Notes: generated by a model not told the origin, from the letters alone. A stretch of 64,000 nt of DNA from Chitinophaga pinensis (GCA_943372225.1 CALRXV020000003.1:206479-270478); one strand, 5' to 3'; positions 1 to 10,534 are shown, numbered from the stretch's first letter. Translations and numbers: made by a program.

Positions 1-3000
1 TGTCAAGATATGGAATGCGCCATGTGTCATTAATGCCATCGCCATTGGGCGAAAAAGCATTGGGCACTTGAGGGGCTTTGAGTACTTCAATAAAAATTTC
101 ATCCTTAACAGTGCACCCAGCTATGTTAGAGAGGGCTAATTGATAGGTAATATCTACCAAGGGTTTGCTATTGGGAACAGCGGCGGTATCCGAATCCAAA
201 TAAGTGGATGGTGTCCATGAATAACGCAGACCCGTTCCATATACATAGAGCGGTTTCAAACTTACTTGTCCATTTTGCAAGACTTTTAAATCAGGACCCA
301 GATCCAGTTTTGGATAAGGATACACGTTGATGGTTTGTAAAGCAGTATCACTCACACAGCCCTGTGCGTTCAGAATATGCAAAGCCACTTGAATGCTACC
401 ACTATCGCGGAAAAGCTGCGATGGATTTTGAATGCTGGCTGTATTACCCGCAGAAAAATCCCAAACCCAGGTGCTGATGGCGCTGGTCTTGCCATCACTC
501 AGATCAGTAAACTGAATGGCATCATTTACACAAATGATATTGGCCGATGCACTAAAATTGGCTTTTGGTTGCGGATAAATACTAGAGATAATTTTGGTGC
601 TGCTATCAATACAATTATTATTGCTGCGTACAATTAATTGAATGGGATAAGGTCCTAATGCGCTAAAGCGATGGATTGGATTGGGTAATGTGCTAGAACT
701 AGCATCATTTGGATCATTGAAGTTCCAGCGATAACTCAAGAGCCCTGTTGAACCATCACTGATGCTAGTGCTGCTGGTGAATTGACCCCTACCATCGGGC
801 AAACAAATTTGTGGAATGCTAAAATCAACAACAGGAAGCGGATTCACTTTTATGGTTTGTGTATTGAGCGCACTCACACATCCACTATCAGTGGTTACGC
901 GCAAACTAGCCGTATAACTATTGGCAACTGCATAGGTATAAGTATAGTCATTGGCATTATTGCGCACGGCGGTATTACCATCTCCATAGACCCAATTGCG
1001 TTGTACAATATTGCTATAATTGGCTATGGAACTATCAGAAAATATAAGCGCATTTTTTTCACAAAGCGGCGATGCAACATACCATTTAGCAACAGGGCTT
1101 GGCCATACGCGAATGGATTGGGTAGCTGAATCCTTACAACCCTTGGCCGATGTTTGCATAAACTGAATAGGATAGACTCCCACTCCTGCAACCGCCGGAC
1201 TAAACAAACCTGCTGCACTTACACCTGTGCCCGTGTAATTGAATGTTCCTGCAACGGCATTATCATAACTGGTTTGCACAATGGCTCTGGGAGCGGCTTC
1301 CAGACAGATGCTGGGCATGATGCTAAATGCTACTTTAGGGCTTTGGTTTAGCGTGAGTACTTGGGTACTAATATCGGCGCAAGCACTAGCGCTTCCTGAA
1401 AATGCTTTTAACTGTACAGAAACAGGTTTGCTTACCGGACTTTGAAAAGCATTATAACGATACGCGTATACTTTGTTTAAATAAGGGTCATCATCAATGG
1501 TTTTAACCGATGGAGCATTGAGAAAATCCCAGGTAATTTCTACTCGGGTCACTACGCCAAAATCTACCGTAGAAGTATTTTGAATGCGTACTGAATCATT
1601 GCTACAAATGGCTGCTGGTTGCAACACTACAAACTGACTCTTGGGCACAGAACCATTGACGGTAAAGGTTTTGGTGAGATTGCTCACGCATCCATCTTTT
1701 GAAGTAACCAATAATGACACTTGATAATCCGCAGACTTATTGTATTTAACAGCAGGGTTTTGTAAACTGCTTGTGAGCGTATTTGGTCCGGGACTAATAG
1801 CTGGTGTGCCCGCATTAAAATTCCAGAGATAAGTCATCTGTGCGGCTGATCCATCTGCAATGGTAGTAGTGTCTGTAAAAAGGGCAGAAGCATCACTTAA
1901 ACAAACTTTGGGTAGAATAAAACCAACCACGGGTCTGGGATTCACGGCCACATTAGTTATTACGGTATCACTCAAACATCCTTTGTTTGATTCAACCAAT
2001 AATTGAACAGGATAGGTTCCCCATTTGGCAAAGCTTTTGGTAAAAGTTCCGCCACCAGTGGTATCCTTGGTATTGCCATCCTTAAAATTCCAATACCATC
2101 TAGATATGCCACTAGTATTGGCAATAGATTGATCCGTAAATGAAAATAGTTGGTTCTCGCAGGCAGGTGCTGACACAGTAAATGCGGGAACGGGTTTGGC
2201 ATATAATGAGATGGTACTGCTCACATTTGGGGCACCAGTTAGTGATCCGGCTGAACAAGAATTGGCATCGGTAATACTCTTGAGGGTATAAGTTGTATTG
2301 GCCTTTGGCGATACGGCAAGTGTATAAGGTGCAGTAGTAATGGTTAGGGTATCTGTTTTGGTACCATCGGTGTAACCCACGCGCCATGGTGCTTTTCCTG
2401 TTGGTGTGAGGATTAAATTTTTGGTTTGTCCCTGACAAATAGAATCACTTGGCGAAATAGTAATGGTAGGTGCAGGATTCACCGTTAAGGCAATACTGTC
2501 TCTGAAAATACCACATCCCAATAAATTCATGGCAACACTATACTGTCCACTATTGGAGGTGCTGGCACTGGGAATGCTAGGATTGTAAATGGTACTGCTA
2601 AATCCATTGGGGCCACTCCATTGATAAGAAGCACCAACAACTTGTGAGACTTGTAAATTGATGGTACTGCCCACGCAGGTAAGTCCTATAATTTGAGGGG
2701 ACAAAGTGGTTTGCGCGTAGTTAGAAAAATAACCCAATACGTTTCCGGTAGTACTGGCACCATTTAAAAATCCTAGGTGAAATAGTCCTAAAGTATTGGA
2801 GACTATTGTGTTTACTCCATCAGGAATCAACTGATTTAAATTGGGTAAATTCAACGTATTGATCTTCGCATACATCCATTCTCCATTGGTGCCTGGTACT
2901 GGATTGAACATACTGGAACTAATAATACCTGTTTTTCCGTTTAACTGAAAACCATTGATATCAGTGGCTTTGCAGAGTAGGTTCAAATAAAAAGCCGTAT

Positions 3001-4069
3001 TCACAGGGCGCACAAAAGAAACCAGTGAGGAACCAGTACAACGGATACTTGGTAGATTGGTAGATGCCATTTCACAGCCAATACCAGTTAACTGATTTAA
3101 ATAAACGGGATTGCTAGTTTTTACATAGGCACTGGGTTGGTTCAAAATGCCTTCATACACCTGCCCTCGATTGAGGGTTGTAACCTGTGTACCATTGACT
3201 AAAACCTTTGTGCCATCAGTAGTAGCCAGTATATAAAAATAGTCTCCAAAATCTGGACTAACAGCAAGTTCTCCTTTGATAATGACAAACTCATTTCCAT
3301 TGCTTTCTTCTGGAATAATCTGGTCTCCTACCAAGTCTCGGCAGGTAGTGGGTGACCCAATTGAATCATCATAGACCGTGACAGTAATCAGTTTATTGGA
3401 TGTAACCGTACTACCAACCAAGTGATTGGGCCCATCTAGGTTTAGTGCTGTAACTGCATAGCATTGTCCCTTGTTGAGCGTGATGCCAAATTTTATCCCT
3501 GCATTATGACCAATTGCATCTTTACTTGGAATAATTTCAATTAAAGTATTGTCTTCTGTTGCCGTAATCACAAATCCATTTCTGGGTAAGGGGGTATATC
3601 CAGTCCCATTGCCAAATCTTGTTTGTCCTGGAATCATAAAAGCTTTTCCCTTGCTGATATTTCCTTTTAGGGCAAAAATCTCTGGGTTAAAATAGTTAAC
3701 CCCTGTTTTTCCCTGTACTTCATAATAAGCCGAGATATTACTAGTAGAACTCACTTTGATTCCATTGTTCAAGACAGTATTGCTGGGCTTGGTTTCAATT
3801 TTATTTATAAAGCTGGTGAGGTTGGCAGAGAAAGCAGAATAAGGATCTAAGTGAACGGGTATGGGAACAAAGCTTGGGTCTGCCGGCATGCTAATGATGA
3901 TATCGGCGGGATTGGCATAACTGGAGAGCCGCATTAAAATGGGTGCATTAGCATGACCCGCAGTAATTGCCGGTGCCCCAAACCAAAATGTAGTATCGGT
4001 TTGTGCGCTTGATGTCAATGTCATCAAAGCTGCTAGGAACAATAAGCCAAGAGATTTGCAAGCATTCAT
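1..4069 (-). CDS. Large T9SS-secreted surface protein: N-terminal IgGFc-binding-like domain, several PKD-like repeats, gliding-motility-associated (type B) C-terminal domain; 3' end runs off the window
   Basis: Manually translated; absent from the ORF track because no stop lies in the window. ATG at 4069 gives MNACKSLGLLFLAALMTLTSSAQTDTTFWF (signal peptide). PKD-like motifs (WYWNFKDG, YLWNFNAG, YRWNFNDP, GCKDSATQSIRVWPSPVA) and VPNAFSPNGDGINDTWRIPYLD at bases ~70-2; spot checks at the start, ~1.1 kb and the window edge gave the same frame. Confidence 0.9.
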   Translation of the reverse strand, partial: MNACKSLGLLFLAALMTLTSSAQTDTTFWFGAPAITAGHANAPILMRLSSYANPADIIISMPADPSFVPIPVHLDPYSAFSANLTSFINKIETKPSNTVLNNGIKVSSTSNISAYYEVQGKTGVNYFNPEIFALKGNISKGKAFMIPGQTRFGNGTGYTPLPRNGFVITATEDNTLIEIIPSKDAIGHNAGIKFGITLNKGQCYAVTALNLDGPNHLVGSTVTSNKLITVTVYDDSIGSPTTCRDLVGDQIIPEESNGNEFVIIKGELAVSPDFGDYFYILATTDGTKVLVNGTQVTTLNRGQVYEGILNQPSAYVKTSNPVYLNQLTGIGCEMASTNLPSIRCTGSSLVSFVRPVNTAFYLNLLCKATDINGFQLNGKTGIISSSMFNPVPGTNGEWMYAKINTLNLPNLNQLIPDGVNTIVSNTLGLFHLGFLNGASTTGNVLGYFSNYAQTTLSPQIIGLTCVGSTINLQVSQVVGASYQWSGPNGFSSTIYNPSIPSASTSNSGQYSVAMNLLGCGIFRDSIALTVNPAPTITISPSDSICQGQTKNLILTPTGKAPWRVGYTDGTKTDTLTITTAPYTLAVSPKANTTYTLKSITDANSCSAGSLTGAPNVSSTISLYAKPVPAFTVSAPACENQLFSFTDQSIANTSGISRWYWNFKDGNTKDTTGGGTFTKSFAKWGTYPVQLLVESNKGCLSDTVITNVAVNPRPVVGFILPKVCLSDASALFTDTTTIADGSAAQMTYLWNFNAGTPAISPGPNTLTSSLQNPAVKYNKSADYQVSLLVTSKDGCVSNLTKTFTVNGSVPKSQFVVLQPAAICSNDSVRIQNTSTVDFGVVTRVEITWDFLNAPSVKTIDDDPYLNKVYAYRYNAFQSPVSKPVSVQLKAFSGSASACADISTQVLTLNQSPKVAFSIMPSICLEAAPRAIVQTSYDNAVAGTFNYTGTGVSAAGLFSPAVAGVGVYPIQFMQTSAKGCKDSATQSIRVWPSPVAKWYVASPLCEKNALIFSDSSIANYSNIVQRNWVYGDGNTAVRNNANDYTYTYAVANSYTASLRVTTDSGCVSALNTQTIKVNPLPVVDFSIPQICLPDGRGQFTSSTSISDGSTGLLSYRWNFNDPNDASSSTLPNPIHRFSALGPYPIQLIVRSNNNCIDSSTKIISSIYPQPKANFSASANIICVNDAIQFTDLSDGKTSAISTWVWDFSAGNTASIQNPSQLFRDSGSIQVALHILNAQGCVSDTALQTINVYPYPKLDLGPDLKVLQNGQVSLKPLYVYGTGLRYSWTPSTYLDSDTAAVPNSKPLVDITYQLALSNIAGCTVKDEIFIEVLKAPQVPNAFSPNGDGINDTWRIPYLD

Positions 4070-4127
4070 GGATAAAGGATGGCCCGTTTATGCCACGAAT
4101 TTAATTTTTAAAACCCATAAACAGTTG

Positions 4128-5750
4128 TTATTGTTTGTCCCTGGTCCATTGTTCCCATTGTTTAAAATAATGGGCTCCCCAAAAATCGTATCGCGGCAGC
4201 ATATTTTGTTTTAAACGATGGCGAAAATCATCTAAGTTTTTCTGTTCTACTGGCGTCCACAAAGATTCACTCAAAGCCGTCATACGGGGGAAGATCATGT
4301 ATTCTACCTTTGTTCCGTAGCCAATGTATTCGGTCCAAACATTGGCTTGTCCGCCAATAATGTATTGGTCCAATTTAGCATCGCGCAGAGCGGCTGGTAC
4401 TGGATCATATTGGTACACAGAATCCATGGTATTATAGCCGTGAATGGCCAATGAATCTTTTGGATCGCGTGATTGGTAATGGTCAAAATAATAAGGCTTG
4501 CCTGGGGTCATGATTACGCGGTGTTTGAGTTTGCCCGCTTCTATGCCTTCCTTAGCACCGCCCCAGTTCATCACAATGGCCGATGTGTCTAGTTCCCCTT
4601 CTAAGATCTCATGCCAGCCAATGACCTGTTTGTTTTTTTCTTTCAAATACTTGGCAGCTTGACTAATAAAATAGGTTTGCAAAGCGTGCTCGTCTTTGAT
4701 TCCCTTTTCTTTCATGAATGCTTGAGAATAGGGGTCTGCTTTCCACCAGAGTTTGCTACACTCGTCTCCACCCACATGAATGTATTTAGATGGAAAGAGG
4801 TCTGAGATTTCATGGAAGATGGTTCTCAAGAATGTGAATGTCTCCGGTCTTGGAGCTAACACATTGTTTTGTTTATTGTACATACCCCAAGTGGTAGCAA
4901 CATTCCAAGTGGTATCGGGTTTGGTGCTGAACTCAGGGTAAGCAGTGATGGTTGCGCGGCTATGGCCAGGGATGTCTATTTCTGGAATCACTTCAATGCC
5001 GCGCAATGCTGCATAAGCTATCACTTCTTTTACTTCTTTTCTGGTATAGAACCCACCATAGCGCGTGCTGTCATAGCGTGCAGGCTTATCATTAAAATGC
5101 CCTATCAACGTGGCATTGCGCCAAGACGCAATGCTATTAAGTTTGGGATAGGAAAGAATTTCTATGCGCCAGCCTTGGTCATCGGTTAAATGCCAGTGAA
5201 ACGTATTGAACTTGTGAAAGGTTAAATAGTCAATATATTTTTTAATGAATTCAAGTGGGAACATATGTCTTACCACGTCTAAATGCATACCCCTGTATTC
5301 AAATCTGGGATAGTCTTTGATGGCTACAGCAGGTACTTCAAAGCTGCTGCTTTTTTGCAAGGGGCAAATTTGCAAAAGGGTTTGAATAGCGTTCACCAAA
5401 CCTCTATTGTCTTTAACTGTAATCTTGATTTCTTTGCCCTTAGATGCTAAAAGGTACATTTCTGCCTTGTCTATTTGGGTTGGGTCTTCTTGGATCAAGA
5501 GGTAACTGCCTGATTTTGGAATCTGTTGGCTTATGCTCAATTGCAATCCTGTTTGTTGTTTCAAACTTTCTTGCAAATACTGCAACTGTGCCTGATATTT
5601 AGCTGGTCCTACAATTTTGGAACTTGCGTCTAGCTTTACACCAACAGCTGAGAGGCTTTGATAACTAACCGGTTTGGGAATAATAGGGTTGGTTTGACCC
5701 ATCACTTGTATACCTATGCAAAAAGAGAGTAGAAAATAGAGCAATCGCAT
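4128..5750 (-). CDS. Beta-N-acetylhexosaminidase, glycoside hydrolase family 20
   Basis: Signal peptide; GH20 motifs DYPRFEYRGMHLDVVRH, HWHLTDDQGWR, PEIDIPGH and catalytic HVGGDE. Confidence 0.93.
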   Translation of the reverse strand: MRLLYFLLSFCIGIQVMGQTNPIIPKPVSYQSLSAVGVKLDASSKIVGPAKYQAQLQYLQESLKQQTGLQLSISQQIPKSGSYLLIQEDPTQIDKAEMYLLASKGKEIKITVKDNRGLVNAIQTLLQICPLQKSSSFEVPAVAIKDYPRFEYRGMHLDVVRHMFPLEFIKKYIDYLTFHKFNTFHWHLTDDQGWRIEILSYPKLNSIASWRNATLIGHFNDKPARYDSTRYGGFYTRKEVKEVIAYAALRGIEVIPEIDIPGHSRATITAYPEFSTKPDTTWNVATTWGMYNKQNNVLAPRPETFTFLRTIFHEISDLFPSKYIHVGGDECSKLWWKADPYSQAFMKEKGIKDEHALQTYFISQAAKYLKEKNKQVIGWHEILEGELDTSAIVMNWGGAKEGIEAGKLKHRVIMTPGKPYYFDHYQSRDPKDSLAIHGYNTMDSVYQYDPVPAALRDAKLDQYIIGGQANVWTEYIGYGTKVEYMIFPRMTALSESLWTPVEQKNLDDFRHRLKQNMLPRYDFWGAHYFKQWEQWTRDKQ

Positions 5751-5834
5751 CTGATACTATTTGGTTGAAATTCATGGAATCAATCTTTCAAATTTATAAC
5801 ATCAACAGTTATCTTCAAGCTACAATTCTTTGCC

Positions 5835-8006
5835 ATGCGTTTTTTGTCAATTTTGAAATCTTCGTTGCCATTAGCTTTTCCAATTGTATTGTTGTTTGCT
5901 TGTGGTCCCAAGAAGCCTTATGAATGGACCCGCTATGGCGGCAATGCTTTTAACAACCATTATTCGCCCTTGGCTTTGATTGATACCAATAATGTGTCAT
6001 CGCTCAGCGTGGCATGGGAATACCACACGGGAGACGCGGATGAGAAAACACAGATCCAAACCAATCCCCTCATTATTGATGGTGTTTTATATGGGGTATC
6101 GCCCAAGCTAAAACTCTTTGCACTGGACGCGGCAACGGGTAAAGAGTTGTGGAATTTTAATCCGGTGGATACCAATACCCTTGAAGTAAAGGGGCGTGGT
6201 TATTTCTCTATGAATGTTTGCAGGGGGCTTAGTTATTTTAAGGCTGATGAAAAAGACCAACGTCTTTTCTATTCAGCTGGAGGCTACTTGCACTGTATAG
6301 ACGCGCTCAGTGGCAAACCCATCAAATCCTTTGGTACCAATGGTTGGATTGATTTGCACAATGACCTTGGCCGAGACTTGAGTAATTATTATGTTGCTGC
6401 TACCACGCCAGGTATGGTTTATAAAGACATGATTATCATTGGTAGTAGAGTAGCGGAAGACGCTGCTGCTGCACCTGGTCATATTCGCGCTTATGATGTG
6501 CATACAGGAAAACTGCGTTGGATTTTTCATACCATTCCGCATCCCGGTGAAGCCGGTTATGAATCTTGGGATAATAAAGAAGCATACCAACATATTGGCG
6601 GCGCCAATGCTTGGTCTGGTTTTAGTTTGGATGAAGAAAAAGGTATTCTTTTTGCACCTATTGGTTCTGCCAGTTATGATTTTTATGGTGGCAAAAGAAC
6701 AGGAGATAATTTGTTTGCCAATTCCGTTCTAGCCTTGGACGCCGCAACGGGCAAACGCATCTGGCATTTTCAAACGGTGCACCATGATATCTGGGATAGA
6801 GACCTACCCACTGCACCCGTAGTAGTAAATATTCATAAAGAGGGTAAACTAATTGAAGCTGTAGCACAAGTAACCAAGAGTGGTTTTGTGTTCTTGCTAG
6901 AAAGGAATACAGGAGAGCCGGTTTATCCTATTGTAGAAACAGTTGTGCCAACTCAAACGGAATTATTGGGAGAAAAACCATCGCCAAAGCAACCCATTCC
7001 TAGCGTGATTGCGCCTTTTGCTAGACAAACCTTATTGGAAAAGGATTTAAACAGGCTGGTGCCCGATAGTTCTTATAAAGACATTCAACAAAGACTGGCT
7101 TCTTATAAAACGGGTCATCTGTTTAATCCTCCTTCTAAACAGGGTACGGTCATCTTTCCAGGATTTGATGGCGGTGCGGAATGGGGTGGTCCTGCGGTGG
7201 ATCCTAGTACCGGAATCATGTATGTGAATGCAAGTGAAATGCCTTGGATTCTAACCATGGTAGACAGAAAACCAAACACTGCTACAAAAGAAACCAATTT
7301 GGATGCGGGTAAGCGTTTGTATCAAACCACTTGTATGGCCTGTCATGGTCCTGAAAGAAAGGGTGGCGGAAATTATCCCAGTTTGATTGACGCCAAAAAG
7401 AAATACAATGAGGAACAATTGATAGCATTGGTCACTTCGGGAAAACAAATGATGCCTGCCATGAGTCAATTAGCTCCCTCAGAGAAAATAGCCATCGCCA
7501 GTTTTATCCTTGAACTAAAAGATAAGCAGGGTAAGGCTTTTGAAGCCCCAGCGCGTCCGGTTGACCCTTGGATAGAAATACCTTATACCTCTACGGGCTA
7601 CAATAAATTCTTGACCAAGGAAGGTTATCCTGCCGTGATGCCACCTTGGGGAACTCTGTCTGCTATTGATTTGAATACCGGTAAACAGGTATGGAAAGAT
7701 ACGCTGGGCGATTACCCTGAACTAAAAGCCAAGGGTATTCATACGGGAACAGAAAACTATGGAGGTGCTGTTGTTACGGCTGGAGGTCTCCTGTTTATAG
7801 CTGCAACCAAAGACAGTAAGTTCCGAGCTTATAACAAAAGAACTGGGAAACTTTTATTGGAATTGGATTTGCCTGCACCAGGATTTGCTACTCCTGCGGT
7901 CTATGAAAAAAATGGGAAACAATATATTGTGATTGCTTGTGGCGGTGGTAAACTAAAAACCAAAACCAGCGATACCTATTTGGCATTTAGTATCAACAAA
8001 CCTTGA
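5835..8006 (+). CDS. PQQ-dependent (quinoprotein glucose dehydrogenase-like) lipoprotein with internal cytochrome c domain
   Basis: Lipobox-like LLFAC; PQQ beta-propeller repeats (ALDAATGKELW, AYDVHTGKLRW, HHDIWDRDLP); heme-binding CMACH. Confidence 0.9.
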   Translation: MRFLSILKSSLPLAFPIVLLFACGPKKPYEWTRYGGNAFNNHYSPLALIDTNNVSSLSVAWEYHTGDADEKTQIQTNPLIIDGVLYGVSPKLKLFALDAATGKELWNFNPVDTNTLEVKGRGYFSMNVCRGLSYFKADEKDQRLFYSAGGYLHCIDALSGKPIKSFGTNGWIDLHNDLGRDLSNYYVAATTPGMVYKDMIIIGSRVAEDAAAAPGHIRAYDVHTGKLRWIFHTIPHPGEAGYESWDNKEAYQHIGGANAWSGFSLDEEKGILFAPIGSASYDFYGGKRTGDNLFANSVLALDAATGKRIWHFQTVHHDIWDRDLPTAPVVVNIHKEGKLIEAVAQVTKSGFVFLLERNTGEPVYPIVETVVPTQTELLGEKPSPKQPIPSVIAPFARQTLLEKDLNRLVPDSSYKDIQQRLASYKTGHLFNPPSKQGTVIFPGFDGGAEWGGPAVDPSTGIMYVNASEMPWILTMVDRKPNTATKETNLDAGKRLYQTTCMACHGPERKGGGNYPSLIDAKKKYNEEQLIALVTSGKQMMPAMSQLAPSEKIAIASFILELKDKQGKAFEAPARPVDPWIEIPYTSTGYNKFLTKEGYPAVMPPWGTLSAIDLNTGKQVWKDTLGDYPELKAKGIHTGTENYGGAVVTAGGLLFIAATKDSKFRAYNKRTGKLLLELDLPAPGFATPAVYEKNGKQYIVIACGGGKLKTKTSDTYLAFSINKP

Positions 8007-8990
8007 TTATCCAAGAAACTGAATGGTCTTGGTATCTAGTGCAATAAAAACAATCTCGTCTTTTTGAACATGTCTGTTCAAGGTATGGATATAGATAATA
8101 GTGTCTTCAACCACCAATTCTAATTCAAAAAATCCTACCATAAATTGGATATTGCGCACTTGTGCGGCCACACCATGATCCACGCTAGCTAGTCTAAAAT
8201 TACCTGGCCGCACAAAGATTTTTTTACCTAGTGGTGCCGTTCCACTATAAGGCAAGAGTAAGTCTGCAATATGTGGGGGTAGAATTTGGTACTTGCCTAA
8301 GAGTGCTGCTGTATAAGCGTTTGTGGGGTGTTGGTATACTTGTTCTGGTTCGCCTGACTGCACTATTTTTCCGTGTTGCATTAGCATCACTTGATCAGCC
8401 CAAGGCAAAATATCAGTTGGATCATGAGAGACCAAAAGACAGGTAATTTGCAAGGTTTCTCCTATCTCTCTAATCACATCCTTCAGGATATTTTTATGAA
8501 TCAAATCCAAATTGGAATAAGGCTCATCTAACAGAAGTAATTTAGGAGATCCTATTAGCAATCGCGCAATGGCAATGCGTTGGCGTTCTCCACCAGACAA
8601 TTGATCCGTCTTGCGTTTTACCAAATGGTTAATCATGCAAACTTCAAAAATGGCATTGGCCATTTCATCGCTTAGCTTATTGGCATAAGACAACAACTCT
8701 TCTACGCGATAAGAATTCCTGAGTTCAAAATGTTGCGAGAGATAAGCAATGTCCGGATGTCCGGGCACCAGTCTAAATTCTGGCCCAAGCACGTGTTTGT
8801 CTTGAAAAAAAATCATGCCGTCACTGGGCTGTTCAAGCCCTGCAATCATTTTGAGCAGACTACTTTTTCCTGATCCAGTTTCTCCTGCAATGGCCAGTTT
8901 TTGAAATGGAGCTTGGGTAAAGCTCACAGCATCTACAACGGGTTTACCGTTCTGTAATTTGCTGATATTGTTTACCTCTAAAAACCCCAT
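8007..8990 (-). CDS. ABC transporter ATP-binding protein (FbpC/PotA-like with C-terminal TOBE-like region), no adjacent permease
   Basis: Walker A GETGSGKS, signature LSGGERQR, Walker B LLLLDEP, H-loop VSHD. Confidence 0.9.
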   Translation of the reverse strand: MGFLEVNNISKLQNGKPVVDAVSFTQAPFQKLAIAGETGSGKSSLLKMIAGLEQPSDGMIFFQDKHVLGPEFRLVPGHPDIAYLSQHFELRNSYRVEELLSYANKLSDEMANAIFEVCMINHLVKRKTDQLSGGERQRIAIARLLIGSPKLLLLDEPYSNLDLIHKNILKDVIREIGETLQITCLLVSHDPTDILPWADQVMLMQHGKIVQSGEPEQVYQHPTNAYTAALLGKYQILPPHIADLLLPYSGTAPLGKKIFVRPGNFRLASVDHGVAAQVRNIQFMVGFFELELVVEDTIIYIHTLNRHVQKDEIVFIALDTKTIQFLG

Positions 8991-9023
8991 TCCTCAAAGA
9001 TAGGCAAGCGCTGCCATCTTTCT

Positions 9024-9830
9024 TTATTTGCTAATCACGATGCTAGTTGGGGTAGGACCTCCAATACCTGCTGCATCATAAGCGCGTTTCAAAGACTCCT
9101 GCACTTGGGTAAACACATCACCAAAATTAGCTTCAAGGGTAAATGGTCTTAAACCCAAAGTTACACCACCAGCAATGCTGATCACACTCACAGTGGCAGC
9201 TGGATCTTTTAATACCAATGGATGGGCATTCATTACTTCTAGAGCAATGGATTTGGCTTGGTCAATATTGGTATCGCCAGCCAGAAGTACATTAATGTCT
9301 ACGCGCAAGCTGCCGTGTTTGGTATAGTTGATAATGGTACCATTGCTCAAAGCCCCATTGGCCAAGATGATGGTTTTGTTTTCTCCAGTTAAGAGAATGG
9401 TATTAAAGATTTGAATTTCTAAAACGGTTCCTTTTTGTCCACCAGCTTCAATCAGGTCTCCTGTTTTAAATGGCTTGAACACTAAGATCAATACCCCACC
9501 GGCAAAATTGGCCAGTGATCCTTGCAAAGCTAGACCCACAGCTAGACCCATGGCACCAATAATGGCTACAAAAGAAGTGGTTTCAATACCCAGCATTCCT
9601 GCAACAGTTATGAGCAACAAAACTTTCAAACCCACAGACACCATGCTAGACAAAAAAGACTGCAATGAAGCATCAACTTTGCGTTGATTCATGGTCTTCT
9701 TGGCCAATTTAGCCGTCCAGTTAATGATAGTCAGACCTATGATAAATACCAATAAGGCCGAAATCAATTTGGGTCCGAATCCAAATACCCAGTTTTGTAA
9801 TTGCGTAGTAAAGCCGGTTAGTTTGTCCAT
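9024..9830 (-). CDS. mscS: Small-conductance mechanosensitive channel, MscS family
   Basis: Three N-terminal TM segments; GLALQGSLANFAGGVLILVFKPFKTGD signature. Confidence 0.9.
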   Translation of the reverse strand: MDKLTGFTTQLQNWVFGFGPKLISALLVFIIGLTIINWTAKLAKKTMNQRKVDASLQSFLSSMVSVGLKVLLLITVAGMLGIETTSFVAIIGAMGLAVGLALQGSLANFAGGVLILVFKPFKTGDLIEAGGQKGTVLEIQIFNTILLTGENKTIILANGALSNGTIINYTKHGSLRVDINVLLAGDTNIDQAKSIALEVMNAHPLVLKDPAATVSVISIAGGVTLGLRPFTLEANFGDVFTQVQESLKRAYDAAGIGGPTPTSIVISK

Positions 9831-9859
9831 TTGCAGTTTTTTTGGAAAACTAAAATAAG

Positions 9860-10534
9860 TTATTTCTTCTTATAAGGAAGGGTATTGAATAGGGCAAATT
9901 GTAATTGAGGTCTATTGCCATTTTCTAATACCTGATACATGAGTCCGGTTTCTAGTCTCATTTGATTGGTTAGGCCAAATCCAATGGCCCCATAAATCCT
10001 ATCCCTATCAAAAACGGGACTATTTAAATGCAGGAAGATTTCATTGTAAGCAGAGAGATAGACCGCATTTTTTTGCAGTGTTGGTTTGTTGAAAGGGATG
10101 TTCAAGCTCAAGAAATAACGAAATCTAAAACGGAAATTGTTATTGGGCAGGAACCGTTCTTCAAGTCTATAGCGATGTTGTATAAATACTTTTCCAAATT
10201 GTTGTCTGGTGATGAACTGTTGGTAGAGCCTATGTTCTGTGGTGTTATTCTTGGTGTCGGTACCTGCTATATAAGGGTAGGATTGTACAAAAGCATAACC
10301 CATGAGTAGGTTATTATTGTTCTCTGTAAGATTATAACCAATCCCAGTTCTGATGAGTAATTGTTCTTCATCGCCTAATAAATTATAGCTGCGGTATTGT
10401 CCCTCATGCCACCAGTTCCATTTTTTGTTGATCTGTTTGTTGCCAAAATAAATCATCCAGTTTCCTATGTCGGATTTTTGGGCTGTTACATTTATGCCAA
10501 TCAATAATAGGATAATGGTTAGTAGTTGTTTCAT
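9860..10534 (-). CDS. DUF2490-family outer-membrane beta-barrel protein
   Basis: Signal peptide; family-like segments RTGIGYNL, EHRLYQQF, HRYRLEERF, AYNEIF, FDRDRIY. Confidence 0.75.
   Translation of the reverse strand: MKQLLTIILLLIGINVTAQKSDIGNWMIYFGNKQINKKWNWWHEGQYRSYNLLGDEEQLLIRTGIGYNLTENNNNLLMGYAFVQSYPYIAGTDTKNNTTEHRLYQQFITRQQFGKVFIQHRYRLEERFLPNNNFRFRFRYFLSLNIPFNKPTLQKNAVYLSAYNEIFLHLNSPVFDRDRIYGAIGFGLTNQMRLETGLMYQVLENGNRPQLQFALFNTLPYKKK

Noticed and set aside
377-2438. Several short ORF-track entries at the left edge
   Set aside because: All lie within, antisense or out of frame to, the large T9SS protein gene at 1-4069.
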